A stretch of 64,000 bases of DNA. It comes from Vicugna vicugna. Its lineage: Eukaryota. Within the stretch, counting starts at the first letter, position 1, and every line of letters starts with the position of its first letter. Of the stretch, positions 63,100 to 64,000 are shown in pieces. The stretch covers positions 1,697,523 to 1,761,522 of the forward strand of contig MU058463.1 in assembly GCA_013265495.1 (NCBI GenBank), read 5' to 3'. The position numbers and the translations under genes are program-made. Below the pieces are notes generated by a model. That model ran no database searches and was not told where the DNA came from. It saw only the letters and a list, made by a program, of their open reading frames with translations.

Positions 63100-63285
63100 G
63101 AAGGTATAATTATGTGGTTTGGAATTTGGCCAGGGCACCGGAATTCATACCTCTCCACTTTTAAGATGTGTCACAGACCCTTTAATTACCTGAAGAGGAT
63201 CAGGACCTCTGTTTTCTGTCTATCCCATCAAAAAGACAACACATTTTGTTACACATTCACCCAGGGAGTCTTTGAATTTTAAATT
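63100..63285 (+). mobile_element. MIR fragment, degraded
   Basis: ggaattcatacctctccactt...tgtgtcacag...ctctgttttctgtctatc. Confidence 0.4.
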
Positions 63286-63464
63286 TTACTGAGCAGTATG
63301 AAGAAATCACCTTAATCTTGCCTATTGAAATATTTTGGGTTTTTTTTTTTTTTTGAAATCCTGACTTACACAGATGGCAAAGTAAGGGCCATCCTTTCAC
63401 AGGAGGATGACCACAGGTGTCCATGGGGTTCTCAGGAAAAAGCCTGAGGCCACTAGCTACTTGT

Positions 63465-63675
63465 AATCAGACTGCTTGACTTGACATTGACCATACCAAC
63501 TTACTATCTGCAAATCTTGAATGTATTGTTAACCTTTACTTGAGCTTCAGTTTCCTAATGTATAAAATAAGCAATATACATTTTTTATATGTATAAGATA
63601 GTGTTCAAAAAGTTCTTAGCCTTATACTTGGAAATAGCAAACAGTCAGTGAAAGTTAAGTATTATGATTATTATT
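63465..63675 (+). mobile_element. MIR fragment
   Basis: ttaacctttacttgagcttcagtttcctaatgtataaaataag. Confidence 0.7.
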
Positions 63676-63769
63676 TCCAGGGCTTCTCTAGCTCTTAAAC
63701 CTGGCACACGGTAGGCTACGCGCTGTAGAGAAGTGGTAGGATCCCAGCTAATAAATAAACATGACAGTC

Positions 63770-63935
63770 TGACTATGAAGAGCTTTGTACACCAGGCTAA
63801 GAAGTTTAGATCCTATCCTGCAAGCAATGGGAACCACTGAAGGGTTCTAATCAGGGGAATGGCAGGATGACATTTGTGTCTTAGATGCAGGGCTCTGGTT
63901 GCAGGGTAGTGGAGGGATTCGGGCTGGAAACCATC
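63770..63935 (-). mobile_element. L2 fragment
   Basis: ccaggctaagaagtttagatcctatcctgcaagcaatgggaaccactgaagggttctaatcagggg. Confidence 0.8.
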
Positions 63936-64000
63936 TCCATCCAATACATTGCAGACTTGTCTGTCTCCTCAAAGACAGCAAGAACCTAATCTAATCTCAG

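Noticed and set aside
1..64000. CRISPR array, operon or other prokaryote-type system; CpG island promoter
   Set aside because: Mammalian repeat landscape, no regularly spaced repeats, no long ORFs and no extended CpG-rich region.

Overview
AT-rich eutherian intronic or intergenic DNA with one 215-N assembly gap. I recognise no protein-coding exon, RNA gene or CpG island. The only ORFs with real homology are broken transposase fragments from Tigger1 and Tigger7/MER44; a Cheshire-like hAT transposase fossil is also readable. Much of the window is ancient interspersed repeat (MIR, L2, L1M, MLT1, LTR16, LTR33, MER21, MER5, MER2, MER81). The best-supported specifics are an internally deleted ERV1 (MER34-like) provirus with a tRNA-Arg(CCG) primer binding site, a near full-length Tigger1, and a short young L1 3' end with a target-site duplication that suggests a camelid genome. 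Several repeat-free, motif-rich islands are candidate enhancers, and a few strong splice-site pairs could be lncRNA exons. I found no convincing novel biological system. Repeat family names come from recalled consensus sequences, not a search, and old-repeat boundaries are approximate.
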